39,901 bases of DNA, taken from Sumerlaeia bacterium (GTDB lineage: Bacteria; Sumerlaeota; Sumerlaeia; SLMS01; JAHLLQ01). The notes beneath the pieces are model-generated. The model saw nothing but the letters and a program-made list of their open reading frames with translations. It ran no database searches and had not been told where the DNA came from. Positions 1 to 8,933 of this stretch are shown here, piece by piece. Made by a program: the position numbers and the translations under genes. Position 1 is the first letter of the stretch, and every line of letters starts with the position of its first letter. The DNA is taken from NCBI GenBank assembly GCA_040219255.1, contig JAVJSW010000017.1:1-39901 (forward strand), written 5' to 3'.

Positions 1-138
1 GGGCCCTGCTCCACGCCCTCAAGCTTCGCCTCCCCAACCGACCAAAACGCTTCCAGAATGTAGTGGCGACTTCAACGGTCCAAAAAACGTAACTCCAGCA
101 ATTGCAAGAAACATCGCCTCACAACTGTCGAAGTTGGG
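1..138 (+). mobile_element. Probable right end of an insertion sequence (IS1634-like): transposase C-terminal tail plus terminal repeat
   Basis: Frame +3 from base 3 reads ALLHALKLRLPNRPKRFQNVVATSTVQKT* (stop 90-92), resembling the LLxxLxLxLP tail I recall from IS1634-type transposases. It is followed by AACTGTCGAAGTTGGG (123-138), which looks like an IS1634-type end. The rest lies outside the window. Confidence 0.4.
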
Positions 139-173
139 CTAGGCATCGATGATGCCAATGGGAGGGATGGATT

Positions 174-324
174 GAATCACCACCGAGCCACCGAGGACAC
201 AGAGAGTAAGATGACTTGCGAGAAATCTCAAACTGTAATATAGGGTATCTGGCGATGCAGAATGTTCATTCAGAAAGACTTAGTCATCCCCCCCTCCGTG
301 TCCTCGGTGACTCTGTGGTGATTC
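174..324. repeat. 151-bp element with 43-bp imperfect terminal inverted repeats (MITE/REP-like)
   Basis: 174-216 GAATCACCACCGAGCCACCGAGGACACAGAGAGTAAGATGACT matches the reverse complement of 282-324 at 36/43 positions. The right arm ends next to the cls stop codon. Confidence 0.8.
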
Positions 325-325
325 C

Positions 326-1750
326 TCACAAAAGCGGCGCCATCAAACCAACCGCATTTTGCGCCCATTCGGTGTGGCGGGGGCGGGCGTGCCATTCGTC
401 GAGCCGCACCGGCACCGCCTCCTGGAGGTAGCGCTCCTGGATCGCCCGCACCCGCTCGGTTTCTTCCGGGCAGAAGATGTGGGCTTGCAGCTCGAAGTTC
501 AGCTCGAAGCTGCGGCGGTCCAGGTTCGCCGTCGAGATGACCGCGATGCGCCGGTCGATGACCACCGTCTTGCTGTGCAGCAGCCCTTTGGTGTACTCGT
601 AGATTTCGCCCCCCGCTTCCAGGAACGGTTCGTAGAGGCTGCGGCTCGCCAGGTGCACCAGCTTCGAGTCGTTGCGCGCCGGGACGATCAGCACCACCCG
701 CACGCCTGATCGTACCGCGGCGATCAGCGACGTCATGGTCGAGTGATCGGGCATGAAATAGGGCGTGGTGATGACCAGTTCCTGGCGCGCGTCGCCAAAG
801 CCGTAAACGGCCATCATCCGCAACGACAACAGGGGCAGGTGCGGGCCCGTGCCCATGATCTGGAGCGGCTTGCCGCCGGGCAGCGGCTCGGGCTGGGGCG
901 TCCACAATTCGTCCACTTCGTCGCTGTCGGTGTCGGCCAGCCAGTTCTCGATGAAGAGGCCTTGGAGGTCGTAGACGGCGGGGCCTTCGAAGCGCATCGC
1001 CACATCGACCCAGGGGGCGAATTTGGCTTTGATGCGGAATTCCGGGTCCGCCACGTTCAGGCTGCCGGTCCATCCCACCACGCCGTCGATCACGGCCAGC
1101 TTGCGGTGGTTGCGGTGGTCGAAGCGTTCGAAGGGATGGCGCAGTCCGGCGGTGTAAACCGGCACCGCTTCGGCCACCTCGACGCCTTTCGCTTCCATGC
1201 GTTCGCGCAAATCGGACTTCAGGAACAGGTAGGAGCCGACCTGATCCAGAAGCACGCGGCATCGCACGCCGCGCCCGGCGGCCCGCATCAGGGCCTCGCC
1301 CACCGCCGTGCCGGAGTTGTCATCCAGGTAGATGTAGGCCAGCAGATGCACCGAGCGCGAGGCGCCCTCGATGTCTTCGACAAGGCGGGCGACGGCCCGC
1401 GGGGTTTCGTCGAACAGTTCAAGCCGGTTTCCGGCGCGGGCGGGAAGGGAGCCGAGCGACTCCGCCAGCCGGATCCCACGCTCGACGCGCTGACAGGGAT
1501 CGCCGGCGCCGTCCGGGCACCAGGAGCCCTCGCTGGCCCGCTGCTTCATCGTCTCGCGGATGTTCTCGTAGCGGTGGCGTTTTTTCTTGGGCAGCCGCAA
1601 GTTCCCGAAAATCAAGTAGATGATGCCGCCGATCAGCGGCGCCACGAGCACCACTAGAAACCACGACGTGCGCACCGCCGGTTCGCGTTGCGGACGCGTG
1701 ACAATGTAGGCGGCGAGGCTGAGTTGAAAGGCGATCTCGCAGCCGATCAA
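326..1750 (-). CDS. cls: Cardiolipin synthase (PLD family)
   Basis: N-terminal PLDc_N-like TM hairpin (SWFLVVLVAPLIGGIIYLIFG), two HKD motifs (NHRKLAVID, LHSKTVVID), NLDRRSFELNFE. Start is uncertain: TTG at 1750, with the frame open for 11 more codons upstream without an ATG. Confidence 0.92.
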   Translation of the reverse strand: MIGCEIAFQLSLAAYIVTRPQREPAVRTSWFLVVLVAPLIGGIIYLIFGNLRLPKKKRHRYENIRETMKQRASEGSWCPDGAGDPCQRVERGIRLAESLGSLPARAGNRLELFDETPRAVARLVEDIEGASRSVHLLAYIYLDDNSGTAVGEALMRAAGRGVRCRVLLDQVGSYLFLKSDLRERMEAKGVEVAEAVPVYTAGLRHPFERFDHRNHRKLAVIDGVVGWTGSLNVADPEFRIKAKFAPWVDVAMRFEGPAVYDLQGLFIENWLADTDSDEVDELWTPQPEPLPGGKPLQIMGTGPHLPLLSLRMMAVYGFGDARQELVITTPYFMPDHSTMTSLIAAVRSGVRVVLIVPARNDSKLVHLASRSLYEPFLEAGGEIYEYTKGLLHSKTVVIDRRIAVISTANLDRRSFELNFELQAHIFCPEETERVRAIQERYLQEAVPVRLDEWHARPRHTEWAQNAVGLMAPLL

Positions 1751-1875
1751 GATCAGGGAAATAAGATGCAGAGGGTCGATGGGTCAGCGAGTCCGGACAT
1801 TGGGAATGGAGCGGGCGGACCGGTGCCAATTTTCCGGCGCCCCCGCGAGGAAGAAGCAAACGGCGGGCTCAGCGG

Positions 1876-2211
1876 CTACATCAGGATGTCGCGATGGCTG
1901 CGCAGGCGTCGATGCAGCTCGGCCCGGCATTGCGGACACAGGGAAAAGCGGAACTCCTCGTACACCTGATCCTCCACCTCGCGCTTCTGCTCCTCGTCGA
2001 GCTTCTCGAGCTTGGCGATCAACTCCTCCAGCTCCTCCATCGGCGGCCGGTCCGCCTTTTCGAGGGAGGCCTCCAAATCCCACAGTCTCGGTTCCGCCGC
2101 GATTTCGATCCGCACGTTATAGAGCATCTCCGCGCGTTCGATCCACCGCCCGCAGTTCTCGCAAACGCGGTCGTTCGACGAACCGTGGCGGGGGATTTCG
2201 GAAGAACTCAT
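1876..2211 (-). CDS. Small hypothetical protein with two CxxC motifs (putative Zn-binding) around an acidic helical insert
   Basis: CENC near the N-terminus and CPQC near the C-terminus. 111 aa, lies between prfA and cls on the same strand. Confidence 0.7.
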   Translation of the reverse strand: MSSSEIPRHGSSNDRVCENCGRWIERAEMLYNVRIEIAAEPRLWDLEASLEKADRPPMEELEELIAKLEKLDEEQKREVEDQVYEEFRFSLCPQCRAELHRRLRSHRDILM

Positions 2212-2307
2212 GGCTGAACGGGCGGAGCGAAACGCATGGGGGTAAGAAAGCCTTCAAGGTCAACGCGCTCAGCACCCGGCACCATATCGCGCGGCACGTC
2301 GCACGTC

Positions 2308-3396
2308 CTACTTCGCCATCCCCTCCATTCGCTCGGCCATCTCCGCTTTGCGCAGGGCCGAAATCATCGACTCGATGTCGCCCTCGATCAACCGGTCGAG
2401 GCTGTACAGCGTCAGGTTGATACGGTGGTCCGTCACGCGGTTCTGGGGAAAGTTATAGGTGCGGATGCGTTCGCTGCGGTCGCCGCTGCCGACCATGGAT
2501 TTGCGGGCCGCGCTGCGGGCCGCGCGGTCCTTTTCCAGTTGGGCTTCCAGCAGCCGCGCCCGCAGCACCGTCAGCGCCTTGGCCTTGTTGCGCGTTTGGC
2601 TCCGCTCGTCCTGGCAAGTGACGATCAGGCCCGTTGGCAGGTGCAGGATGCGCACGGCGCTGTACGTCGTATTGACGCCCTGGCCGCCGGGGCCGCTGGC
2701 GCACATCGTATCGACGCGGATGTCCGTTTCCTTGATTTCCACGTCCGTTTCTTCCGCCTCCGGCAAAACGGCCACGGTGGCGGCGCTGGTGTGGATGCGT
2801 CCTTGCGTTTCCGTGGCGGGCACGCGCTGGACGCGGTGGACCCCGCTCTCGTACTTCAGGCGGCTGTAGGCCCCGTTGCCCTTCACGTTGACCACGACTT
2901 CGCGCAGCCCGCCGACGGCGCCTTCGGTCTCGCTGACCATTTCCATCTTCCAGCCCCGTTCCTCGGCATAGCGCGTGTACATGCGCAGCAAATCCGCCGC
3001 GAAGAGCCCCGCTTCGTCGCCACCGGTGCCGGCGCGGATTTCCAGCAGAATGTTGCGGTCGTCCAGCGGATCGCGCGGCACCAGGCGGTACTCCAGCTCC
3101 TCGGTCAGGCGCTCCACCTCGCCCTCCGTCTCCTCCGCTTCCAGCTCCGCCAACTCGCGCATTTCCTCGTCGCCCTCGGTTTTCAGGATGTCGCGGGCCT
3201 GGGCCAGACGATCCTCCGCATCGGCCAGGCGCTCGGCCACCTTGATCGTCTCTGTCAAATCAGCGTGCTCGCGGCCCAGTTCAGAAAGCCGCTTCGAATC
3301 CTTCGCGACTCCCGGATCGGCCAACTGGCCCTCCACCGCTTCAAAGCGTTCGCGCAGGTGTTTGAGTCGATTGGCAGTGGAGGCGGGGGCGGGCAT
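2308..3396 (-). CDS. prfA: Peptide chain release factor 1
   Basis: [23 protein letters not shown] (PAT tripeptide of RF1), [26 protein letters not shown]. Start taken at ATG 3396. Confidence 0.97.
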   Translation of the reverse strand: MPAPASTANRLKHLRERFEAVEGQLADPGVAKDSKRLSELGREHADLTETIKVAERLADAEDRLAQARDILKTEGDEEMRELAELEAEETEGEVERLTEELEYRLVPRDPLDDRNILLEIRAGTGGDEAGLFAADLLRMYTRYAEERGWKMEMVSETEGAVGGLREVVVNVKGNGAYSRLKYESGVHRVQRVPATETQGRIHTSAATVAVLPEAEETDVEIKETDIRVDTMCASGPGGQGVNTTYSAVRILHLPTGLIVTCQDERSQTRNKAKALTVLRARLLEAQLEKDRAARSAARKSMVGSGDRSERIRTYNFPQNRVTDHRINLTLYSLDRLIEGDIESMISALRKAEMAERMEGMAK

Positions 3397-3421
3397 GGCG
3401 ACCTGAAAAAGGGAGTGATGC

Positions 3422-3456
3422 AAAACGAAAGCGGTCCCGGCGGAAACCGGGACCAC
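3422..3456 (-). terminator. Intrinsic terminator downstream of the pseudopilin gene
   Basis: Minus strand GTGGTCCCGG-TTTCCG-CCGGGACCGC followed by TTTCGTTTT. Confidence 0.7.
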
Positions 3457-3522
3457 TGAAGAGCAAACGAGGGGCCGCCTTCGCGTCAAGGGCGTTGGCG
3501 GAGCGAGGACCGATGGGGCCGC

Positions 3523-4155
3523 TTACTCGCTCTGGCCCTTCTGCGACCGAATCACGTCGCCGCCGGAGACGGTGCCGTTCGTTGGGTCGTAGATCAGTTC
3601 GGTCAGAAGGAAGCTGGTGTTGGCCGATTGGTCCGGACCGGCGGAGGACAGCTTGTAGAGGCCAAAGTTCTCCGTCGCGGTCTCGAACTGGGCTTGGTTA
3701 ATGGTCGGTGCCCAGGCAGGGCGGGTTGAGGCGGTGAAGGGGCCGGGGTAGGGGCTCGGCGGCCAACCCGGTGTGACGGTGGACATGTAGTTGATGTAGC
3801 GGAACCGGCGGGCGTCGGTCGAAGCGGTGCCCGTACCCCCAACGCGGAACGGATCTTCCAGGATACTGCCCGATGTCAGGTAGGCGATCGGCGTGGAAAT
3901 CACGTCGGTCATGTACCACGGCCATCCGCGGCTGTCGATGTCGAACGGGTACTTGTTGTTGTTGTCGACCGCATAGGACTCGACAGCGGTGGCGATCGAG
4001 CGGATGTCGGATTTCACACGGCTCACCTTCGCGCGGACCTGAGCCTCCAGGAAGTTCGGCACAGCGATGGCCGCCAGGATGGCAATGATCGCCACGACGA
4101 TCAGCAGTTCGATCAGAGTGAAGGCTTCGGGTTTCTTGGTCTGTTCAGTTCGCAT
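3523..4155 (-). CDS. Prepilin-type N-terminal cleavage/methylation protein (GspG/PulG-like pseudopilin)
   Basis: MRTEQTKKPEA|FTLIELLIVVAIIAILAAIAVPNF, SAGPD and YDPTNGTVSGGD C-terminal motifs, GGAGGAG RBS before ATG 4155. Confidence 0.9.
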   Translation of the reverse strand: MRTEQTKKPEAFTLIELLIVVAIIAILAAIAVPNFLEAQVRAKVSRVKSDIRSIATAVESYAVDNNNKYPFDIDSRGWPWYMTDVISTPIAYLTSGSILEDPFRVGGTGTASTDARRFRYINYMSTVTPGWPPSPYPGPFTASTRPAWAPTINQAQFETATENFGLYKLSSAGPDQSANTSFLLTELIYDPTNGTVSGGDVIRSQKGQSE

Positions 4156-4190
4156 ATTCTGGTCAACTCCTCCCACAAGGAATTGATCAC

Positions 4191-4218
4191 AGTATACGGC
4201 GTTGTGGCAGATTGTCCA
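4191..4218 (-). promoter_or_regulatory. Putative sigma70-type promoter of the pseudopilin gene
   Basis: Minus strand TGGACA-N16-TATACT in an AT-rich intergenic patch, 35 nt upstream of the ATG. Confidence 0.4.
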
Positions 4219-4273
4219 CGTCAAACTGTTGCATGTATTAGTTGAATGGAAAAATAAGCCCTGAAGTCTACGC

Positions 4274-5848
4274 CTAAATCCGCTTCGCCCTCGGCAGATT
4301 GGGGGCCACACCGCCCACGCTGCTGGTGCGGGGGCGATTGGCTTCCGCTTCCTTCATGGCCTTCTTCTGGGCGCGGCTCCAACGCACCTGGCGTCCGGTG
4401 CCGGTGCCGCCGTCCTTGGGGCTGCCGTCTTCGTTGAAGCGCCAGCCGATGCGCGGCTCGTGGTACCAGCAGCCTTCCTTGCGCAGACCCGCCTTGGTCA
4501 TGACGCGTTCGATCACGTTCATGCCCTTGAACCAGGCCAGACGCGCCTTGTCGCTCTTGAACAGCTTCATGAAGGCCCGCGTCGCATGGAACGCCACCGG
4601 GTAATCCACCATGAAGTAACTGTTCAACCCGATGGCGTTCAGCACGTCCTTGTGCGGGATGTTGAGCGACAAGCCGGTGTGGTACGTCTCCGGCAGCATG
4701 TCGAAGTTTCCGTCGAACATGCCCATTTCCTGGGCGATCTCGCCCAGCTTCGTCATCGGGTACGGCATGAAGAAGTAGTGAATGAACACCTCGGGCTGGA
4801 TGCGCATGTTCATTTCGACGGTTTTCATGGCCGTTTCCGGCGTTTCGCCGGGGATGCCGAACATGTTCTGGGTCAGCAGTTCGATGCCGTAGCGATGGCA
4901 GCGCTCGGCGCTGGCGTACAGCTCCTCGTCCTTCACGCGCTTGTCCATCACGCGTTGGCGCAGCTCTTCGTCGCCGCTTTCCAGGCCCACGATCATCCGC
5001 ACACAGCCCGCGTCGTGCATCGCCTTCACGGCGCGCTCGGTGGCGAGATCGCTGCGGTAATGGCACATGAAGGGCAGCTTGATCCGGTCACGATAAATGG
5101 GGGCGAATTTCTCCAGCCATTTCACGTCAATGCCGAAGATATCGTCCTGGAACGACACGAGTTCGATGCCGTACTTGGACCTCACCATGTCGATTTCTTC
5201 GCAGACCTTGTCCGGGTCGCGATAGCGCACGTAGCGCCCTTTCTGCATCTTCATCATGGCGTCGTTGAAGCAGAAGGTACACTTGAACGGACAGCCGCGC
5301 CCCGCGATGAAGAAGCCGACTTTTTTCTCCTTCAGGTGCGGAAAGCGGGCCTTGATGTCGTGATCGGGAAAGGGCAGCTCGTCCAGATGGGGCAGGAACG
5401 GGCGCTTCTCGTTTTCCTTGATCGTGCCGTCGGGCATCTTGCAGTGCAGATTCTGAATCCCCGTCCAGTCGTCGCCCTTTTCCAGCGCGTTGAGCAGCTC
5501 GCCCATCGGCTCCTCGCCCTCGCCGATGCAGGTCGCATCGACGCCCTCGGCCAGGATCATGTTCTGGAAGAAGGTGGGATGGGGGCCGCCGAAGACCGAG
5601 AACTTGGCGTTCGGCAACGTCTCGCGCAGGTGGCGGTTCGCCTTCAGGAGGCGCGGGTGCTGGCCCGTGGAGACGCTGAAGGCCAGGACCTGTGGGTCGT
5701 ACTGGCGCATCAGCCGCTCGTAATCCGGTTCGTCGACGGAGAAATACTCCACGTCGTGGCCGAATTGACGGACGTAGCTGGCGATGTACATTGGCCCCAG
5801 CGGTTCGTGCTGGAGGATGTGGGCGTCGAAGACAAAGGCCAAGCGCAT
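4274..5848 (-). CDS. B12-binding domain radical SAM protein (class B methyltransferase-like)
   Basis: N-terminal EPLGPMYIAS / FGGPHPTF / GEGE cobalamin-binding domain, RGCPFKCTFC CxxxCxxC motif, FQDDIF, GLESGD, FGIPGET. Confidence 0.92.
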   Translation of the reverse strand: MRLAFVFDAHILQHEPLGPMYIASYVRQFGHDVEYFSVDEPDYERLMRQYDPQVLAFSVSTGQHPRLLKANRHLRETLPNAKFSVFGGPHPTFFQNMILAEGVDATCIGEGEEPMGELLNALEKGDDWTGIQNLHCKMPDGTIKENEKRPFLPHLDELPFPDHDIKARFPHLKEKKVGFFIAGRGCPFKCTFCFNDAMMKMQKGRYVRYRDPDKVCEEIDMVRSKYGIELVSFQDDIFGIDVKWLEKFAPIYRDRIKLPFMCHYRSDLATERAVKAMHDAGCVRMIVGLESGDEELRQRVMDKRVKDEELYASAERCHRYGIELLTQNMFGIPGETPETAMKTVEMNMRIQPEVFIHYFFMPYPMTKLGEIAQEMGMFDGNFDMLPETYHTGLSLNIPHKDVLNAIGLNSYFMVDYPVAFHATRAFMKLFKSDKARLAWFKGMNVIERVMTKAGLRKEGCWYHEPRIGWRFNEDGSPKDGGTGTGRQVRWSRAQKKAMKEAEANRPRTSSVGGVAPNLPRAKRI

Positions 5849-6078
5849 AGCGCGGTACTCCCGAGGAGGCGTTTGGTGGTTGCGGGCGAAGGAAATAGGA
5901 CTCCGCCGGTCCCATCAGACAGGCTCACCCCTCGCGAATTGCCCCAACCGTGTCAATGCGGATAGGAGCCAATGCGGGGGGAAGCGGACCGGTCACCGCA
6001 AGAATCGTCCCGGCCCTTCGCAAAGCTTGGGGCACCGGGCGCCACGTGGCAAGTCCTGTCGTAACAAAGACTTTCGCG

Positions 6079-6708
6079 CTACATATACTCCTCGATCGCG
6101 TCGCCGATGCGCTTGGCCATTTTCTCATGTCCCGCCGCGTTGGGATGAATGCTGTCGGCCATCAGCGACGGCCGGCCGAACACCCCGCCCATCGCGTTGG
6201 GCACGTAGCCGGTGCCCATCTCGCGCGCCACCTCTTCATAGAGATCGCCGTAATCGGTGCTCGACATCAGCGGCGGCGCCTCCAGCCCCACCAGAATGAC
6301 GAAGGCCCCGGTGGCTTGGATGCGGCGGACGATTTCCCGCAGGTCGCGGAATTGGGACTCGGGCGCGGTCTTGCGCAGCATGTCGTTGCCGCCCAGGAAA
6401 ACCAGCACGATCCGCGGGTCTTCGCTCAGCACGTCGCGGTCCAGCCGCTTCAGCCCATCGGCGGTCACATTGCCCGAAATCCCGGCGTTGACGATCGACA
6501 CGCCGAAGCGCTGCTCGAGCCGGTCGACGTAGCTCTCGCCTGGGTTCACACTATGCCCTGAGGTCAGACTATCCCCAAGGACCACAATGGTTGAGCCGCC
6601 GCTCGGGGGCCAATTCATCAAGGGCCAACCGGGGCCGCCGGATCGGAGAAACAGAAAACCCGCCACTAGGGCGACGGCGGCGGCGACAATCAAGGCTTTT
6701 CGGTTCAT
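6079..6708 (-). CDS. GDSL/SGNH arylesterase (TesA-like) with N-terminal membrane anchor or signal
   Basis: LGDSLT, NAGISG, LGGND and DSIHPN blocks. Hydrophobic N-terminus after ATG 6708. Confidence 0.92.
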   Translation of the reverse strand: MNRKALIVAAAVALVAGFLFLRSGGPGWPLMNWPPSGGSTIVVLGDSLTSGHSVNPGESYVDRLEQRFGVSIVNAGISGNVTADGLKRLDRDVLSEDPRIVLVFLGGNDMLRKTAPESQFRDLREIVRRIQATGAFVILVGLEAPPLMSSTDYGDLYEEVAREMGTGYVPNAMGGVFGRPSLMADSIHPNAAGHEKMAKRIGDAIEEYM

Positions 6709-6778
6709 GGCTCTGCGGGGTCCTTTGCCGGGCAAAATGCTCTGTGGAATATTATGGAACTGAAGTGATCCGTTACCC

Positions 6779-7510
6779 TCACAAACTTTCCCTCAGCCGC
6801 CGCCGCAAGCGCGCGATTCGTGCCGCCGGTTCCACAATCTGACCCTCGCAGGTCACAAACACCCGGTCGCCCTCCCGCGCCTCGACCGGGCCGCAGCCCG
6901 TAAACGACCCGAAGCTCGGCAAAATCAACTGCCGGGGCATCATCCAGAAGCACGGCGCCCTCAGCCGATCACGCCCCGGTCCGGTCAGCGTCACCCCCGG
7001 ATGCAAGTGCCCCGCCAGCACCGGCGCCCCCGCGTCCAAGGCGTCGCGCCCGAGCGGATGGTGCCTCAGCGCGAACGGCCCCAGGGCGAACGGTTCGTCC
7101 TCGCACCGAAAGCCCCAGTCCGCCGGCGGGTCGCCCGCCTCCAGGTCGTGGTTGCCGCGCACCAGCAGGCACTCCAGCCCCCGCCAGCGCCCGCGCCAAG
7201 CCGCCAAGGCCTCCATCGCCGCCTCGGTGCGGCCTGTCTCCGCGTGCAGAAAATCCCCCAGAACGATCAGCCGCGCCGCCCCGGTTTGCCCCAGCAACTC
7301 CTCCAGCCGGCGCAGGTCCGACGCCAGCGACTCGCTCGAAACCGGAATGCCCGCGTGGCGAAACGCCGCGTCCTTGCCAAAGTGCGTATCCGCCACCAGC
7401 AACGCCTCGCGCGCCGGCCAATACACCGCCCGCCCAGCCAGCGCCATCAGGCGCTGGCCATGGTATTCAAAGGGGAGCTGGGACGAGGGCGAACCCATCG
7501 GCAAAGCCAT
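6779..7510 (-). CDS. pdeM: Ligase-associated DNA damage response endonuclease PdeM (metallophosphoesterase)
   Basis: ADTHFGKDAAFRHAGIPV, LGDFLH, RGNHD, GHLHP, LPSFGSFTG. Start uncertain (7510 or 7498). Confidence 0.85.
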   Translation of the reverse strand: MALPMGSPSSQLPFEYHGQRLMALAGRAVYWPAREALLVADTHFGKDAAFRHAGIPVSSESLASDLRRLEELLGQTGAARLIVLGDFLHAETGRTEAAMEALAAWRGRWRGLECLLVRGNHDLEAGDPPADWGFRCEDEPFALGPFALRHHPLGRDALDAGAPVLAGHLHPGVTLTGPGRDRLRAPCFWMMPRQLILPSFGSFTGCGPVEAREGDRVFVTCEGQIVEPAARIARLRRRLRESL

Positions 7511-7552
7511 CGGTGTGGGCGTCGATCCTTCCGGCCCTGGCGGACCTAGCAC

Positions 7553-7586
7553 GAAAAAACGTCCCTCACCACGAGGGCAAGGGACG
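7553..7586 (-). terminator. Intrinsic terminator-like hairpin just upstream of pdeM
   Basis: Minus strand CGTCCCT-TGCCCTCGTGGTG-AGGGACG followed by TTTTTT. Confidence 0.6.
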
Positions 7587-7644
7587 GGAAGATTAACCGA
7601 AACCGGTTCGCTTTGGGTAGGGAAAAATCGCCCCGTTGTCTATC

Positions 7645-7686
7645 TTGTCTATTTTGTTCCCTAAGCGCCACATGAGGGGACAAACG
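7645..7686 (+). repeat. Copy 1 of a 42-bp intergenic motif (copy 2 at 25447-25488, minus strand)
   Basis: TTGTCTATTTTGTTCCCTAAGCGCCACATGAGGGGACAAACG, 38/42 identical to copy 2, last 19 nt identical. Confidence 0.85.
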
Positions 7687-7831
7687 CGAGGACCCATGAA
7701 ACACTCCAGCCCATTCAAACCGGCCGGAGCCCATCATGTCGCCACAACTCAAGTCCACACCCCCGCGGGACACCCCCCTTTGCACCTTCGCTTCTTTGCG
7801 CCTTTGCGATAAAACCAGTCTTTCCAGCGAC

Positions 7832-8704
7832 TCACAGCGCCGTCAGTTGATCGTAAGTCTCCGGCCGGCGGTCGCGGAAGAACTGCCACGTGTTGCGCAC
7901 TTCGCGGATCAGGTCCAGGTTCAGGTCGGCGATGACGATGTCGTCCTCGCTGCGCTTGCCCTCCGCGACGATCTTGCCGCGCGGGTCGCAGAAGTAGGAC
8001 TGGCCGTAGAACTCGCCGAACTTCCAGGGCTCCTCGAAGCCCGGGCGGTTGATGGCGCCGACGAAGTACTGGTTCGCGACGGCGTGGGCCGGCTGCTCCA
8101 GCTTCCACAGGTATTCGCTGAGCCCCGCCACCGTCGCCGATGGATTGAAGACAATCTCCGCCCCGCCCAGCCCCAGGCACCGAGCGCCATCGGGGAAATG
8201 CCGGTCGTAGCAGATATACACCGCCACCTTGCCGACCTTCGTGTTGAAGACGGGGTAGCCGAGGTTGCCGGGTTTGAAGTAAAACTTCTCGAAAAACCCG
8301 GGCTGACAATGGGGGATGTGCATTTTGCGGAACTTGCCCAGGTACTCGCCATCGGCGTCGATCACGGCGGCGGTGTTGTAGTACACGCCGGTGATGTCTT
8401 CCTCGTACATGGGGAGGACCAGGACCACGCCGAGCTTCTTGGCCAGGTCGCGCATCAGCTTGGTGGTGGGGCCGTCGGGGATGCGCTCCGTGGTGTCGTA
8501 CCACTTCGTGTCCTGCTCGCAGCAGAAGTAGGGCCCGTAGAAGATTTCCTGCAGGCAGATGACCTGGGCGCCTTGCTCGGCGGCCTGCTTGATCATCTCC
8601 ACATGCTTCTCGATCATGTTCTTCTTGATCGTCAGGACGGGCGCGTCTCCGGGATCGGTGCAGGTGGCCTGGATCAAACCGCCACGAACGATACGTTCTG
8701 CCAT
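7832..8704 (-). CDS. Nitrilase-superfamily C-N hydrolase (beta-ureidopropionase / N-carbamoyl amidohydrolase-like)
   Basis: Catalytic E-K-C triad contexts CLQEIF, RKMHIP, ICYDRHFP; FFRDRRPETY tail; GAGGGAG RBS upstream of ATG 8704. Confidence 0.9.
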   Translation of the reverse strand: MAERIVRGGLIQATCTDPGDAPVLTIKKNMIEKHVEMIKQAAEQGAQVICLQEIFYGPYFCCEQDTKWYDTTERIPDGPTTKLMRDLAKKLGVVLVLPMYEEDITGVYYNTAAVIDADGEYLGKFRKMHIPHCQPGFFEKFYFKPGNLGYPVFNTKVGKVAVYICYDRHFPDGARCLGLGGAEIVFNPSATVAGLSEYLWKLEQPAHAVANQYFVGAINRPGFEEPWKFGEFYGQSYFCDPRGKIVAEGKRSEDDIVIADLNLDLIREVRNTWQFFRDRRPETYDQLTAL

Positions 8705-8933
8705 GGGTTGTGTGTCTCCCTCTTCGAAATCAGACCGTCCACTGTGCCCAGCGGCCAGGACGATGCAAGTGTTAGTTCGGCCTGAGAAGCCATGGAGCGC
8801 AACAATTTGGTGAAGGGGGAGCTGGAAGTGCCTTCGCGCCATCCGAACACGGAGGGACAGTGTCTAACAACCGATTGACGCCCCCATCGTAATTCTCAAC
8901 AAAAGGATTATCATCCCGAAGGATTGGTTTCCG

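Noticed and set aside
2308-3396. prfB-type programmed frameshift
   Set aside because: The gene has the RF1 PAT motif and an uninterrupted frame.
4274-5848. Radical SAM enzyme as maturase of the Cys-rich peptides (ranthipeptide/sactipeptide)
   Set aside because: It is a B12-binding type without SPASM or RRE features, lies >8 kb away, and the peptides carry Sec-type signals rather than RiPP leaders.
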